Assembly (NCBI GenBank): GCA_947085535.1
Contig: CAMTWV010000002.1
Location: 989 to 64,988, forward strand
Source: an uncultured Actinomycetes bacterium
GTDB lineage: Bacteria; Actinomycetota; Aquicultoria; Subteraquimicrobiales; CAMTWV01
Length of the DNA stretch: 64,000 bases
Direction of reading: 5' to 3'
A program made the translations under genes and the position numbers. Below the pieces are notes generated by a model. It had not been told where the DNA came from and did no database searches. It saw only the letters and a program-made list of their open reading frames with translations. How positions within the stretch are numbered: the stretch's first letter is position 1; each line of letters starts with the position of its first letter. Positions 1 through 8,721 of the stretch are shown piece after piece.

Positions 1-732
1 AAATATTTGCATGATTTAAAAAATAAAGGATTGTCAGCTGCCTCTATTGCTCAGCATGTTTCAACCATTAAAAGTTTTCATAAGTTTTTGGTGAGAGAAA
101 ACTTTGTTAAAAATTTTCCAGTTGAGGATTTAAAGTCACCTAAAAAATCTCGCAAATTACCCCGCACTTTTTCAGTAAGAGAAATTGAACAATTGCTTTC
201 CTCTCCATTTGGGAAGTCAGTCACCGATTTAAGAGATAAAGCCCTGCTTGAAGTAATGTATGGAGCTGGCTTAAGAGTTTCTGAGCTTGTATCTCTTAAT
301 ATTGAAGATATTGATTTTGTTTCAGAATTCATCAGGTGTTTTGGGAAGGGGTCAAAGGAGCGCCTTGTTCCAATTGGAAAATATGCCTTAGAGGCTCTTT
401 CTGAATATATTCGGCAGGGGCGTTCTGAATTGATGAAAAAAAGAAGAACTCAGGCTCTTTTTTTAAATACTCGCGGAGGAAGACTTACTCGACAAGGTTG
501 TTGGAAGATTTTAAAGAAGTACGCGGAGAAAGCAGGTTTAAAAGATGTGCATCCACACATGCTTCGTCATTCATTTGCCACGCACTTGTTAGAGGCAGGT
601 GCTGATTTAAGAGCAGTTCAGGAAATGCTTGGACATGCCAGTATCTCAACTACGCAAATTTATACTCATGTAAGCAGAGAGCATTTGAAAGAAGTTTATA
701 TGATGGCGCATCCAAGGGCGTCAAGACGCTAG
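1..732 (+). CDS. xerD: Tyrosine site-specific recombinase XerD/XerC family, 5' end outside window
   Basis: The frame is open from base 1 ([12 protein letters not shown]...). C-terminal catalytic region [39 protein letters not shown] is typical of Xer recombinases. Confidence 0.85.
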   Translation, partial: KYLHDLKNKGLSAASIAQHVSTIKSFHKFLVRENFVKNFPVEDLKSPKKSRKLPRTFSVREIEQLLSSPFGKSVTDLRDKALLEVMYGAGLRVSELVSLNIEDIDFVSEFIRCFGKGSKERLVPIGKYALEALSEYIRQGRSELMKKRRTQALFLNTRGGRLTRQGCWKILKKYAEKAGLKDVHPHMLRHSFATHLLEAGADLRAVQEMLGHASISTTQIYTHVSREHLKEVYMMAHPRASRR

Positions 733-746
733 ATAGAAATTTTAAA

Positions 747-1949
747 TTGTTAATGGGGGAGTTAGTGAAAAAAGCAGAATTCAGTCGGGCTATAATTATC
801 GTTTTAGATAGTGTCGGGGTAGGGGAACTTCTTGATGCAGGTAAATATGGCGATAAAGATAGCAATACCTTAGCTAACACTGCAAAAGCAGTGGGTGAGT
901 TAAACCTTCCAAATTTTCAAAAATTAGGCTTAGGAAATATTATTGAGATTGAAGGTGTTCCATCCTCTGAGGATCCTCTGGCTTCTTATGGCAAGATGGC
1001 TGAAAAGTCAGCAGGTAAAGATACCACTACGGGTCACTGGGAGCTTATGGGCATTTATCTTTCCAAACCTTTTCCTGTCTATCCTGATGGTTTTCCTCAA
1101 AAGATAATCGATGAATTTGAAAGAAAAATTGACAGGAAAATCCTATGGAACAAACCAGCTTCAGGAACGGAAATAATTAAAAAATTAGGAGAGGAACACA
1201 TTAAAACAGGATGTCCCATAGTTTATACATCTCAAGACAGTGTTTTTCAAATTGCTGCACACAAAAACAGTATTCCTCTTGATGAACTTTATAGAATGTG
1301 TGAGGTTGCTCGTGATATTTTAAAGGGTGAGCACAATGTTTGCAGGGTTATAGCAAGACCCTTTGTCGGTGAGTCGGGCAACTTTACACGGACTGCTGAA
1401 AGACGTGATTATTCCGTCAAACCGCCTGCCAGGACAGTTTTGGATTATGCGATAAATTCAGGGTTAAAAGTTTTTGCTGTTGGAAAGATAAATGAGATTT
1501 TTGCCAATCAAGGAATAACTGAGTCAGTCCATACTAAAAACAATATGGATGGAATTGATAAAACTTTGTATTTTATGAAAAGACTTGATAAAGGTATTAT
1601 TTTTACCAATCTGGTCGATTTTGACATGCTTTGGGGGCACAGAAATGATGTTTTTGGTTACGCAAAAGGATTAGAAGAAGTGGACAAAAGAGTGCCAGAA
1701 ATTATTGAGTCTCTCAGAGAAGATGATGTTTTAGTTTTTACAGCAGATCACGGTTGCGATCCGACCACAGAAAGTACCGACCACTCAAGAGAATATGTTC
1801 CGCTCCTTATTTATGGAGAAAGAATTAAAAAGGGTGTTAACTTAGGAATCCGCAAGTCCTTCTCCGATTTAGGCAAAACCATCTCCGAGCTTTTAAGTTT
1901 TCCCGTTTCAGTTAAAGGGGAAAGCTTTGCAGAAATGATAGTGATTTAG
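747..1949 (+). CDS. deoB: Phosphopentomutase
   Basis: 400 aa. N-terminal [12 protein letters not shown] and C-terminal TADHGCDPT metal-site motifs. Sits next to pdp. An ATG at 753 is an alternative start. Confidence 0.9.
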   Translation: MLMGELVKKAEFSRAIIIVLDSVGVGELLDAGKYGDKDSNTLANTAKAVGELNLPNFQKLGLGNIIEIEGVPSSEDPLASYGKMAEKSAGKDTTTGHWELMGIYLSKPFPVYPDGFPQKIIDEFERKIDRKILWNKPASGTEIIKKLGEEHIKTGCPIVYTSQDSVFQIAAHKNSIPLDELYRMCEVARDILKGEHNVCRVIARPFVGESGNFTRTAERRDYSVKPPARTVLDYAINSGLKVFAVGKINEIFANQGITESVHTKNNMDGIDKTLYFMKRLDKGIIFTNLVDFDMLWGHRNDVFGYAKGLEEVDKRVPEIIESLREDDVLVFTADHGCDPTTESTDHSREYVPLLIYGERIKKGVNLGIRKSFSDLGKTISELLSFPVSVKGESFAEMIVI

Positions 1950-1976
1950 TGTGAAATAACCACTATCATTTTTTTG
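1935..1976 (+). terminator. Rho-independent terminator of deoB
   Basis: 9-bp stem atgatagtg/cactatcat with a 17-nt loop, followed by a T-run at 1970-1975. It overlaps the deoB stop codon. Confidence 0.6.
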
Positions 1977-2000
1977 ATTGTTTAAAATTTCTTTTTTTGT

Positions 2001-2100
2001 GGGTCGGATAACAGCTCTGGGTTGCGCCCGCCTGCCAGCGCCTGAAGACGCAGTCAATGGCGGGCAGGAATTGAAACATTTCCAGAGGATAAGTTTCCCC
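2001..2100 (-). other. Orphan cobalamin-riboswitch-like 5' fragment / GC-rich hairpin repeat
   Basis: The reverse complement of 2029-2068 matches 12551-12590, inside the btuF riboswitch, at 36/40 positions. Flanks resemble riboswitch core blocks, but there is no B12 box. On the minus strand it points into the deoB 3' end. Confidence 0.4.
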
Positions 2101-2200
2101 ATTCCAAAGAACTTGTTTACAGCCTACCCATAAGTGTGTTAGCTATAAGGAGAAAGAAAGCTTTCGTAGAAGTAGAAGAGGAAAGGAGAGGAACTCTCAG

Positions 2201-2376
2201 GTGATGATTAAAAATGTTTTTGTAACAGGAAAGCCTGGCTCGGGTAAGACTATGCTTATAAGGGAGTTAATTGAGGAACAATAAAATTTACCTCTGATGA
2301 ATTCACGGATTTTGAGTTAACTCCTTTTAACAGGGAAGAAGTAAAAAATTCAATAAAGAAGATTTTACTGGATTAA
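2201..2376 (+). pseudogene. Remnant of a THEP1-like P-loop NTPase with an internal deletion
   Basis: 2204-2284 encodes MIKNVFVTGKPGSGKTMLIRELIEEQ* (Walker A N-terminus) behind an RBS ggaaaggagagg. 2285-2376 reads ...ELTPFNREEVKNSIKKILLD*, which looks like the matching C-terminus. The middle of the gene is missing. Confidence 0.5.
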
Positions 2377-2469
2377 CCCCGTAAAATTTGGGTTAAACTT
2401 AAATATTGTTACTAATTAAAGTTTCTGGTATTGTCTCGCATAGATTATTCATCATTAAGAGAGGTATAA

Positions 2470-3777
2470 ATGAGGGCATATGACATTATAGCTAAAAAGC
2501 GCGATGGTAAAAAACTTACCTTAAGTGAACTTGAATTTATGGTTAGTGGATTTGTTAAAGAAGAAATTCCTGATTGTCAAATGGCGGCGTTTCTTATGGC
2601 TTGTTATATCAAAGGATTGGATATTGAGGAAACCGTTACTTTAACACAGGTTATGGCTTCTTCTGGTGAGCAAATTGATTTAAGTTCAATTTCTGGGGTT
2701 AAGGTTGATAAGCACAGCACGGGTGGTGTGGGAGATAAAACAACACTTGTTTTAACACCTCTGGTTGCCTCAGTTGGCGTGCCAGTTGCTAAGATGTCAG
2801 GACGAAGTTTAGGTCATACCGGGGGAACCTTAGATAAACTCGAGTCTATCCCAGGATATAAAGTTAGTCTTTCGATGGAAGAATTTGTGGGACAGGTGAT
2901 GCGAATTGGTCTCGCTGTTATCGGGACGGGCGAAAATATTAATCCTGCCGACAAGAAAATTTACGCTTTGCGTGATGTAACCGCAACTATTTCCAGTCTT
3001 CCCTTAATTGCTTCGAGCATTATGAGTAAAAAAATTGCTGGTGGGGCGGAGGCAATAGTTTTGGATGTTAAAGTTGGTTCTGGCGCTTTTATGAAAAGCC
3101 AAAAAGAAGCGGAAGAGATAGCTAAGTTGATGGCAGATATTGGTAAAAAAGCTGAACGAAAAACCGTGGCTGTCATTACTAATATGGACGAGCCGTTGGG
3201 CTTTGCGGTGGGGAATGCGCTTGAAGTAAGAGAGGCAATTGAAACACTTAAGGGAAAAGGCCCAAAAGATTTAGAGGAGCTTTGTTTGGAACTCGGGGCA
3301 CAGATGCTCTTGTTGGCCAAAAAAGCAGGAGATTTGAGCGAGGCTAAAAGTATGTTGAAAGAGGTGATAACTTCAGGGAAAGCTTTAGATAAGTTTTCAC
3401 AGTGGATTGTGGCTCAAGGTGGAGATGGTAGTGTCACGGAATCTTATAGGTGCTTACCTCAGGCAAAAATTGTTTCTGATTATTTAGCCAAAGAGAGCGG
3501 CTATATTTTCTCTGTCAATGCTGAAGAAGTTGGTAGGGCAGCGATGATTTTAGGAGCTGGCAGGGAAAGCAAAAAAGATAAAGTAGATTTAGCCGTTGGT
3601 CTTGTCTTTAAAAAGAAGGTTGGTGACTATGCTGAGAAAGGTGAAGTATTAGTAGAAATTTACGCAAACGATATGGAAAAGCTTGACCAAGCGGATACGA
3701 TTATAGATAATGCTATCAATATTGAGAAAGAAAAACCCAAAAAAAAGCCACTTGTCCTGAGCACAGTCAAAGAATAG
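2470..3777 (+). CDS. pdp: Pyrimidine-nucleoside (thymidine) phosphorylase
   Basis: 435 aa with [13 protein letters not shown] and [20 protein letters not shown] motifs. Adjacent to deoB. Confidence 0.9.
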   Translation: MRAYDIIAKKRDGKKLTLSELEFMVSGFVKEEIPDCQMAAFLMACYIKGLDIEETVTLTQVMASSGEQIDLSSISGVKVDKHSTGGVGDKTTLVLTPLVASVGVPVAKMSGRSLGHTGGTLDKLESIPGYKVSLSMEEFVGQVMRIGLAVIGTGENINPADKKIYALRDVTATISSLPLIASSIMSKKIAGGAEAIVLDVKVGSGAFMKSQKEAEEIAKLMADIGKKAERKTVAVITNMDEPLGFAVGNALEVREAIETLKGKGPKDLEELCLELGAQMLLLAKKAGDLSEAKSMLKEVITSGKALDKFSQWIVAQGGDGSVTESYRCLPQAKIVSDYLAKESGYIFSVNAEEVGRAAMILGAGRESKKDKVDLAVGLVFKKKVGDYAEKGEVLVEIYANDMEKLDQADTIIDNAINIEKEKPKKKPLVLSTVKE

Positions 3778-3793
3778 CTTAAGTGGAGGTAAA

Positions 3794-4015
3794 ATGGCTA
3801 AAAATATTTTAGAACTTATTGGAAATACTCCTGTAGTTAAGATTAATAAATTAAATCCAAACCCAAATGTAACCATTTATGCCAAGCTTGAAATGTTTAA
3901 TCCAGGTGGCTCTGTTAAAGATAGGATTAGCAAATATATGATTGAGGCGGCAGAGAAAACAGGTGAGCTTAATAAGGATAAGGTTGTCCTTGAGGCAACG
4001 AGAGTCAAGTCCTAA
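3794..4015 (+). pseudogene. cysK: Cysteine synthase (CysK/CysM) N-terminal fragment, truncated
   Basis: [12 protein letters not shown]...[14 protein letters not shown] (PLP lysine region) is intact. The frame leaves family sequence after VVLEAT, where SGNTG is expected, and stops after 73 aa, exactly where the IS remnant begins. Confidence 0.8.
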
Positions 4016-4246
4016 AAGTTCTGTAAATTCCTCCATAGCTTAGGATACCCCGATTACTACCGGGTCATTGGCAATCGATTCTCTGTCTGAATATTCCTCC
4101 TCGCGCAGCTCCTCCATGTTAAGGTAGCGTTTGCTGGTAATCCACTCCTCTGTCTGCTCGATAGCTAGAGCCGAGATGGGTCTTACAGCTGAATCCGAGT
4201 TCGGGAGTATCCTTATCACCCTGGTAGGAGAAAAAGGAAAGTCTAT
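4004..4246 (-). mobile_element. IS256-family (Mutator-type) transposase 3' remnant with probable terminal inverted repeat
   Basis: The minus-strand frame 4246..4040 reads ...TRVIRILPNSDSAVRPISALAIEQTEEWITSKRYLNMEEL...*. This matches the conserved C-terminus of IS256-family transposases (R..V...FPN..S..RL..A.L.E..EEW...RYL.M). 4005-4033, gagtcaagtcctaaaagttctgtaaattc, resembles the IS256 terminal repeat as I recall it (AAGTCC ... TGTAAA). Confidence 0.6.
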
Positions 4247-4289
4247 TTAATCTCACCGTGTTATAATTTATCTGGTAAATGGAGGGAAT

Positions 4290-6896
4290 ATGCAGGTAAT
4301 TATTAGTCATGTGAATGCTGATTTTGACTCGTTGGCTGCCATGGTTGCCGCTCAAAAGATTTATACGGCAGCGAAACTGGTTTTTAGCGGGTCACAAAAC
4401 AGGAATGTTAAAGACTTTATTTCGCTTCATGGAGAAGTTCTTGACTTTGTCGATATTCGACAAATAGACAAAAAAGCGATTGAGCGGCTTATTGTTGTGG
4501 ATACAAGAATAGCTGATAGATTAGGTGAGTTTGAAGATTTAATTGATAAACCACGCATTGGAATAATCGTTTACGACCATCATCCATCAACGGAAGAGGA
4601 TTTAAAACCGACCCACGACTATTCTGAAATTACAGGAGCAACCACGACTATCCTGGTGAAAATAATTCGGAAGAAAAAAATCGAGATTTCACCTTTTGAG
4701 GCAACACTTTTTGCTTTGGGCATTCATGAGGATACAGGTTCTTTAACTTATCCAACAACTACTCCCAATGATGCTGAAGCAATTGCCTACTTAATGACAA
4801 AGAAAGCTAATGTGCATGTAATTAATCAATTTTTAAATCGTGTCTTAACTGAGGTGCAGCATAAACTTTTAAGCGATTTGTTAAAAACCGCACATCTGGT
4901 TAATGTAAACGGTGTTGATATTTTGTTTGCTTATGCTGATGCAGAGGATTACATTGACGGCGCCTCGGTTGTCACTTATAAATTGGGAGATTTGGAAAAT
5001 GCCGAAGTTGTTTTCAATTTTATTAGGATAGGAGATCGGATAAATATTATAGGACGAAGTAAAATCGACGAAGTTGATGTGGGGCTTATTTTGTCTCGAT
5101 TCGAAGGAGGCGGACATCCGCAAGCTGCTTCAGCAGTGGTTAAAACTCGAGATTTAAGAAAGATTGAGCAAGAATTAATTGAGGTGTTGAAAGTTTCAGT
5201 TCGGAAACCATTGGTTGCACAGGAGATAATGTCTAAACCTGTTCGAACAATTGATGTGAAAACAACCATTCAGGAAGCAAGTAAAGCCCTGCTAAAATTT
5301 GGCCACACAGGTCTTCCGGTGGTAGATAAAGGAAAGCTTATGGGAATGATTTCCAGAAGAGACCTTGATAAGGCAGTTCGTCATGGTTTAAGTCACGCAC
5401 CCGTAAAAGGATTTATGTCTCATCAAGTAATTACGGTCAGTCCTGAGGCGCCTTTGCATGAAATGCAAAAACTTCTTGTTGAAGAGGGGATTGGTCGTTT
5501 GCCTGTGGCAAGCGATGGAAAAATAATTGGCATTGTTACCCGAACAGACCTTTTAAGAGCACTGCATGGTGACGATTACCTATCAGAATTTAAATCAGAA
5601 AGTAAGATAAGCAAATTTACCCGAAAAGAGATAGTTGAAAAATTTGAACAACTTCTCCCTAAAAACATTCGGAAACTTCTTAAAAATCTGGGAATTATGG
5701 CAGATAAGTTTGATCAGAATGCTTATCTGGTTGGTGGTTTTGTTAGAGATGTCTTAATGGGCTATCCAAATCTTGATATAGATATAGTGGTGGAGGGGGA
5801 TGGGATTTCTTTTACTCGAGAAGTGGTAAAAAAATTTGGTGGTCGAACTCGAGCTCACAAAAAATTTGGGACAGCTGTAGTAATATTTCCTGATGGTTTC
5901 AGAATAGATTTTTCTACTGCAAGAACTGAGTTTTATGAAAAACCTGGAGCTTTACCTCAGGTTGAGTTTTCTTCTATCAGGCAGGATTTATATCGTCGAG
6001 ATTTTTCCATAAATGCGATGGCTTTTGCTTTAAATAGTTCAAAGTTTGGTCAAGTTCTTGATTTCTTTGGGGGCAAGAAGGACCTGAAGAATAAACAAAT
6101 AAGGGTACTGCATAATTTAAGTTTTGTTGAGGACCCAACTCGAATTTTCAGGGCAGTCAGATTTGAACAGCGTTACGGTTTTCAAATGACTAAACACACT
6201 GAAGAGTTAGCTAGAAGAGCGGTTGAGACTGAACTTATTGGAGAATTAACAACTGTTCGGATTAGAGATGAGCTTATTCCAATACTTTCTGAGGACACTG
6301 CCTGGTTTGCCTTGAAAAGACTTTTCAAGTTGGGGGCATTAGCTCATTTACATCCTCGGATTAAAATAGACCTTACGCTTAAAAAATTGTTTGAGCAAAT
6401 AAGAGTAGCAAATCTTGAACTCGAACCCTATTTTTCTAAAAAAACTCGTCTCTGGATAACTTATTTGATGGCTCTATTGAGGGATTTGACTGTAGAGGAG
6501 ATTAATGAGTGGTCTAAACGGATGAAGCTTAAAAAATTGGACGCTTTAAATTTAGAAGAAGGCGTTTCAATGATTTCTGGAGCGGCAGAAGAGTTAGGCA
6601 AGAAACTAAAGAATAGCGAATTATATTTTCTTTTGAAAAACCTTTCTCAAGAGCAACTTATTTTGTTTTATGCAATTTCGAAGAAAGAAGAGAGAACAAA
6701 AATAATTCGATTTCTAAGGGAGCTTAAGAGTATTAAGCCAACAATTAATGGAAATAAGTTAATTGAGTTGGGCTTTCAACCTTCACCGCTTTTTGGTAAA
6801 GTTTTGCATGATTTACTCTGTGCACGACTTGATGGTCTGGTTAAAACTGAAGAAGATGAAATAAATCTGACAAAAAAAATGATGAAGGAGATTTAA
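4290..6896 (+). CDS. DHH/DHHA1 phosphoesterase - tandem CBS - tRNA nucleotidyltransferase/poly(A) polymerase fusion protein
   Basis: 868 aa. N-terminal DHH motifs (HVNADFDS, VYDHH, GGGHPQAA), two CBS repeats, then GGFVRDVLMGYPNLDIDIVVEG and RDFSINAMA of the CCA-adding/PolyA_pol family. An extended -10 (tgttataat) lies at 4259-4267. Confidence 0.8.
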   Translation: MQVIISHVNADFDSLAAMVAAQKIYTAAKLVFSGSQNRNVKDFISLHGEVLDFVDIRQIDKKAIERLIVVDTRIADRLGEFEDLIDKPRIGIIVYDHHPSTEEDLKPTHDYSEITGATTTILVKIIRKKKIEISPFEATLFALGIHEDTGSLTYPTTTPNDAEAIAYLMTKKANVHVINQFLNRVLTEVQHKLLSDLLKTAHLVNVNGVDILFAYADAEDYIDGASVVTYKLGDLENAEVVFNFIRIGDRINIIGRSKIDEVDVGLILSRFEGGGHPQAASAVVKTRDLRKIEQELIEVLKVSVRKPLVAQEIMSKPVRTIDVKTTIQEASKALLKFGHTGLPVVDKGKLMGMISRRDLDKAVRHGLSHAPVKGFMSHQVITVSPEAPLHEMQKLLVEEGIGRLPVASDGKIIGIVTRTDLLRALHGDDYLSEFKSESKISKFTRKEIVEKFEQLLPKNIRKLLKNLGIMADKFDQNAYLVGGFVRDVLMGYPNLDIDIVVEGDGISFTREVVKKFGGRTRAHKKFGTAVVIFPDGFRIDFSTARTEFYEKPGALPQVEFSSIRQDLYRRDFSINAMAFALNSSKFGQVLDFFGGKKDLKNKQIRVLHNLSFVEDPTRIFRAVRFEQRYGFQMTKHTEELARRAVETELIGELTTVRIRDELIPILSEDTAWFALKRLFKLGALAHLHPRIKIDLTLKKLFEQIRVANLELEPYFSKKTRLWITYLMALLRDLTVEEINEWSKRMKLKKLDALNLEEGVSMISGAAEELGKKLKNSELYFLLKNLSQEQLILFYAISKKEERTKIIRFLRELKSIKPTINGNKLIELGFQPSPLFGKVLHDLLCARLDGLVKTEEDEINLTKKMMKEI

Positions 6897-6899
6897 AGA

Positions 6900-7505
6900 T
6901 TGGACTATTTAGTTGAGCTTATTTTGGTTATACCCGCATTGCTTCTTGCGGTGACGGCGCATGAATTTTCTCATGCGAAAGTAGCTGATGTTTTAGGTGA
7001 CCCCACACCAAGACATTATGGCAGATTATCCTTAAATCCAATTAAACACCTGGACCCAATAGGCGCACTCATGATTCTTCTAGTTCACATTGGATGGGCA
7101 AAACCTGTTCCAATAAATCCTTCATATTTTAGAAATCCCAGGCAGGGAATGTTATATGTAAGCTTAGCAGGACCTCTGGCTAATTTTACTGTCGCTTTTT
7201 TTGTAGGCTTGGTTTTTCGTTTTACTCAGAATATATTGCCTGATTTGCTTCTTTTAATGCTGTTTTTTGTGGTAGAAATAAACATCTGGCTGGGTTTGTT
7301 TAATTTAATTCCTATTCCGCCGCTTGATGGTTCAAAAATTCTGGCTGCGTTTCTTTCTCAAGAAACATTAAGGGCTTATCTTGCGTTTGAAGGATATGGG
7401 ATGATTTTATTAATCTTACTTTTAACCGTTTTTCGCCCAGCGTTTTTAATGGTTTTTGTTCCGTTGCATAATTTATTAAGGTACTTGTTTCTTGGTTTTG
7501 CTTAA
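6900..7505 (+). CDS. Site-2 protease family (peptidase M50) membrane metalloprotease
   Basis: HEFSHA zinc motif and NLIPIPPLDGSK motif. Polytopic hydrophobic protein. Confidence 0.8.
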   Translation: MDYLVELILVIPALLLAVTAHEFSHAKVADVLGDPTPRHYGRLSLNPIKHLDPIGALMILLVHIGWAKPVPINPSYFRNPRQGMLYVSLAGPLANFTVAFFVGLVFRFTQNILPDLLLLMLFFVVEINIWLGLFNLIPIPPLDGSKILAAFLSQETLRAYLAFEGYGMILLILLLTVFRPAFLMVFVPLHNLLRYLFLGFA

Positions 7506-7523
7506 ATTTTAATTAGGAAAGGA

Positions 7524-8510
7524 TTGTCTATGAGAAAAAGAGTTCTAAGCGGGAATCGCCCAACAGGCAAATTGCATATCGGTCACTATCATGGCGCTTT
7601 AAAGAATTGGCTTAAATTGCAGGATGAACATGAATGCTTTTTCTTTGTGGCAGATTGGCATGCGTTAACGACCAATTATGATAATGTTTCAACTTTAAAG
7701 AATGATATACAGGAGATGGTAATTGATTGGCTAGCTCTTGGTCTTGACCCTCAAAGATCGGTTATTTATAAGCAATCGAATCTTTCTGAGGTGGCTGAAC
7801 TCAATCTTTATCTATCAATGATTACTCCTCTGGGTTGGCTCGAACGCTGTCCTACCTATAAAGAACAACTTCAGGAGTTAAAAGAGAAAGATATTGCCAC
7901 TCATGGATTTTTAGGTTATCCCGTTTTGCAGGCTGCCGATATTTTAATTGTTCACGGAGACTTTGTTCCAGTTGGCGAGGACCAGTTGGCTCATCTTGAG
8001 CTGACACGGGAAATTGCCCGAAGATTTAACTATCTTTATGGTGATTATTTTAGAGAGCCTCAAGCTTTGCTCACTGAGGTAAGACGGTTGCCGGGCATTG
8101 ATGGACGCAAAATGAGTAAAAGTTACGGAAATGCAATTTTTCTTTCAGATTCACCTGAGGAGATAAAAAAGAAAGTACGACAGATGATTACAGATCCTCA
8201 AAGAGTCAGGCGAACAGACAAAGGGCATCCTGAAGTTTGTACCGTATTTGCTTTACATAAGGCTTATAGTTGGGACATATTAAAAGATATTGAAACCCAA
8301 TGTCGCGAAGCTTCAAGGGGTTGCACGGAATGCAAAGGTATTTTAGCTGAAAGGATAAGCGAATCTTTGGTTGATTTTCGAAAGAAGCGCGCTGAGCTGG
8401 TTAAAAATCCTGAAATTGTATCTCAAATCCTTAAAGAGGGAGCGGATAAAGTAAAACCAATAGCCAGTAAAACTCTTAATGAAGTTAGAAAGAGGATGAA
8501 TGTTGAGTGA
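7524..8510 (+). CDS. trpS: Tryptophan--tRNA ligase with a C-terminal Cys4 motif
   Basis: HIGH-type GKLHIGHY, KMSKS and GEDQ motifs. The likely real start is the ATG at 7530. Cys pattern is C-x20-C-x6-C-x2-C. Confidence 0.9.
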   Translation: MSMRKRVLSGNRPTGKLHIGHYHGALKNWLKLQDEHECFFFVADWHALTTNYDNVSTLKNDIQEMVIDWLALGLDPQRSVIYKQSNLSEVAELNLYLSMITPLGWLERCPTYKEQLQELKEKDIATHGFLGYPVLQAADILIVHGDFVPVGEDQLAHLELTREIARRFNYLYGDYFREPQALLTEVRRLPGIDGRKMSKSYGNAIFLSDSPEEIKKKVRQMITDPQRVRRTDKGHPEVCTVFALHKAYSWDILKDIETQCREASRGCTECKGILAERISESLVDFRKKRAELVKNPEIVSQILKEGADKVKPIASKTLNEVRKRMNVE

Positions 8511-8546
8511 AAAGAATAATCAAGAGACGAAAGTTAAGAATTGAGT

Positions 8547-8584
8547 TAATGAAAAACGGAGAATGAAGAATGAAAAATTGTAAA
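8547..8584. repeat. Intergenic word AATGAAAAAYGGAGAATGAA, copy 1
   Basis: aatgaaaaacggagaatgaagaatgaaaaattg. Nearly identical to 24169-24200 over its first 20 nt; related to 16873-16887. Confidence 0.5.
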
Positions 8585-8721
8585 GAAAAATTTAAAAAGA
8601 AAAGCGCATTTAAAAACATTTTTAATTTTGCATTGTAGTTTTTCATTTTTATTTTTTCACTTGCAACAACTACCAATTATCGACTACCGACTGCAGACTA
8701 TAAACTATTGAGCAAACGGAA

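Noticed and set aside
8511-8721. CRISPR-like array or tandem repeat in the AT-rich spacer after trpS
   Set aside because: The repeated words are short, irregularly spaced and not separated by unique spacers of constant length. No cas genes occur in the window.
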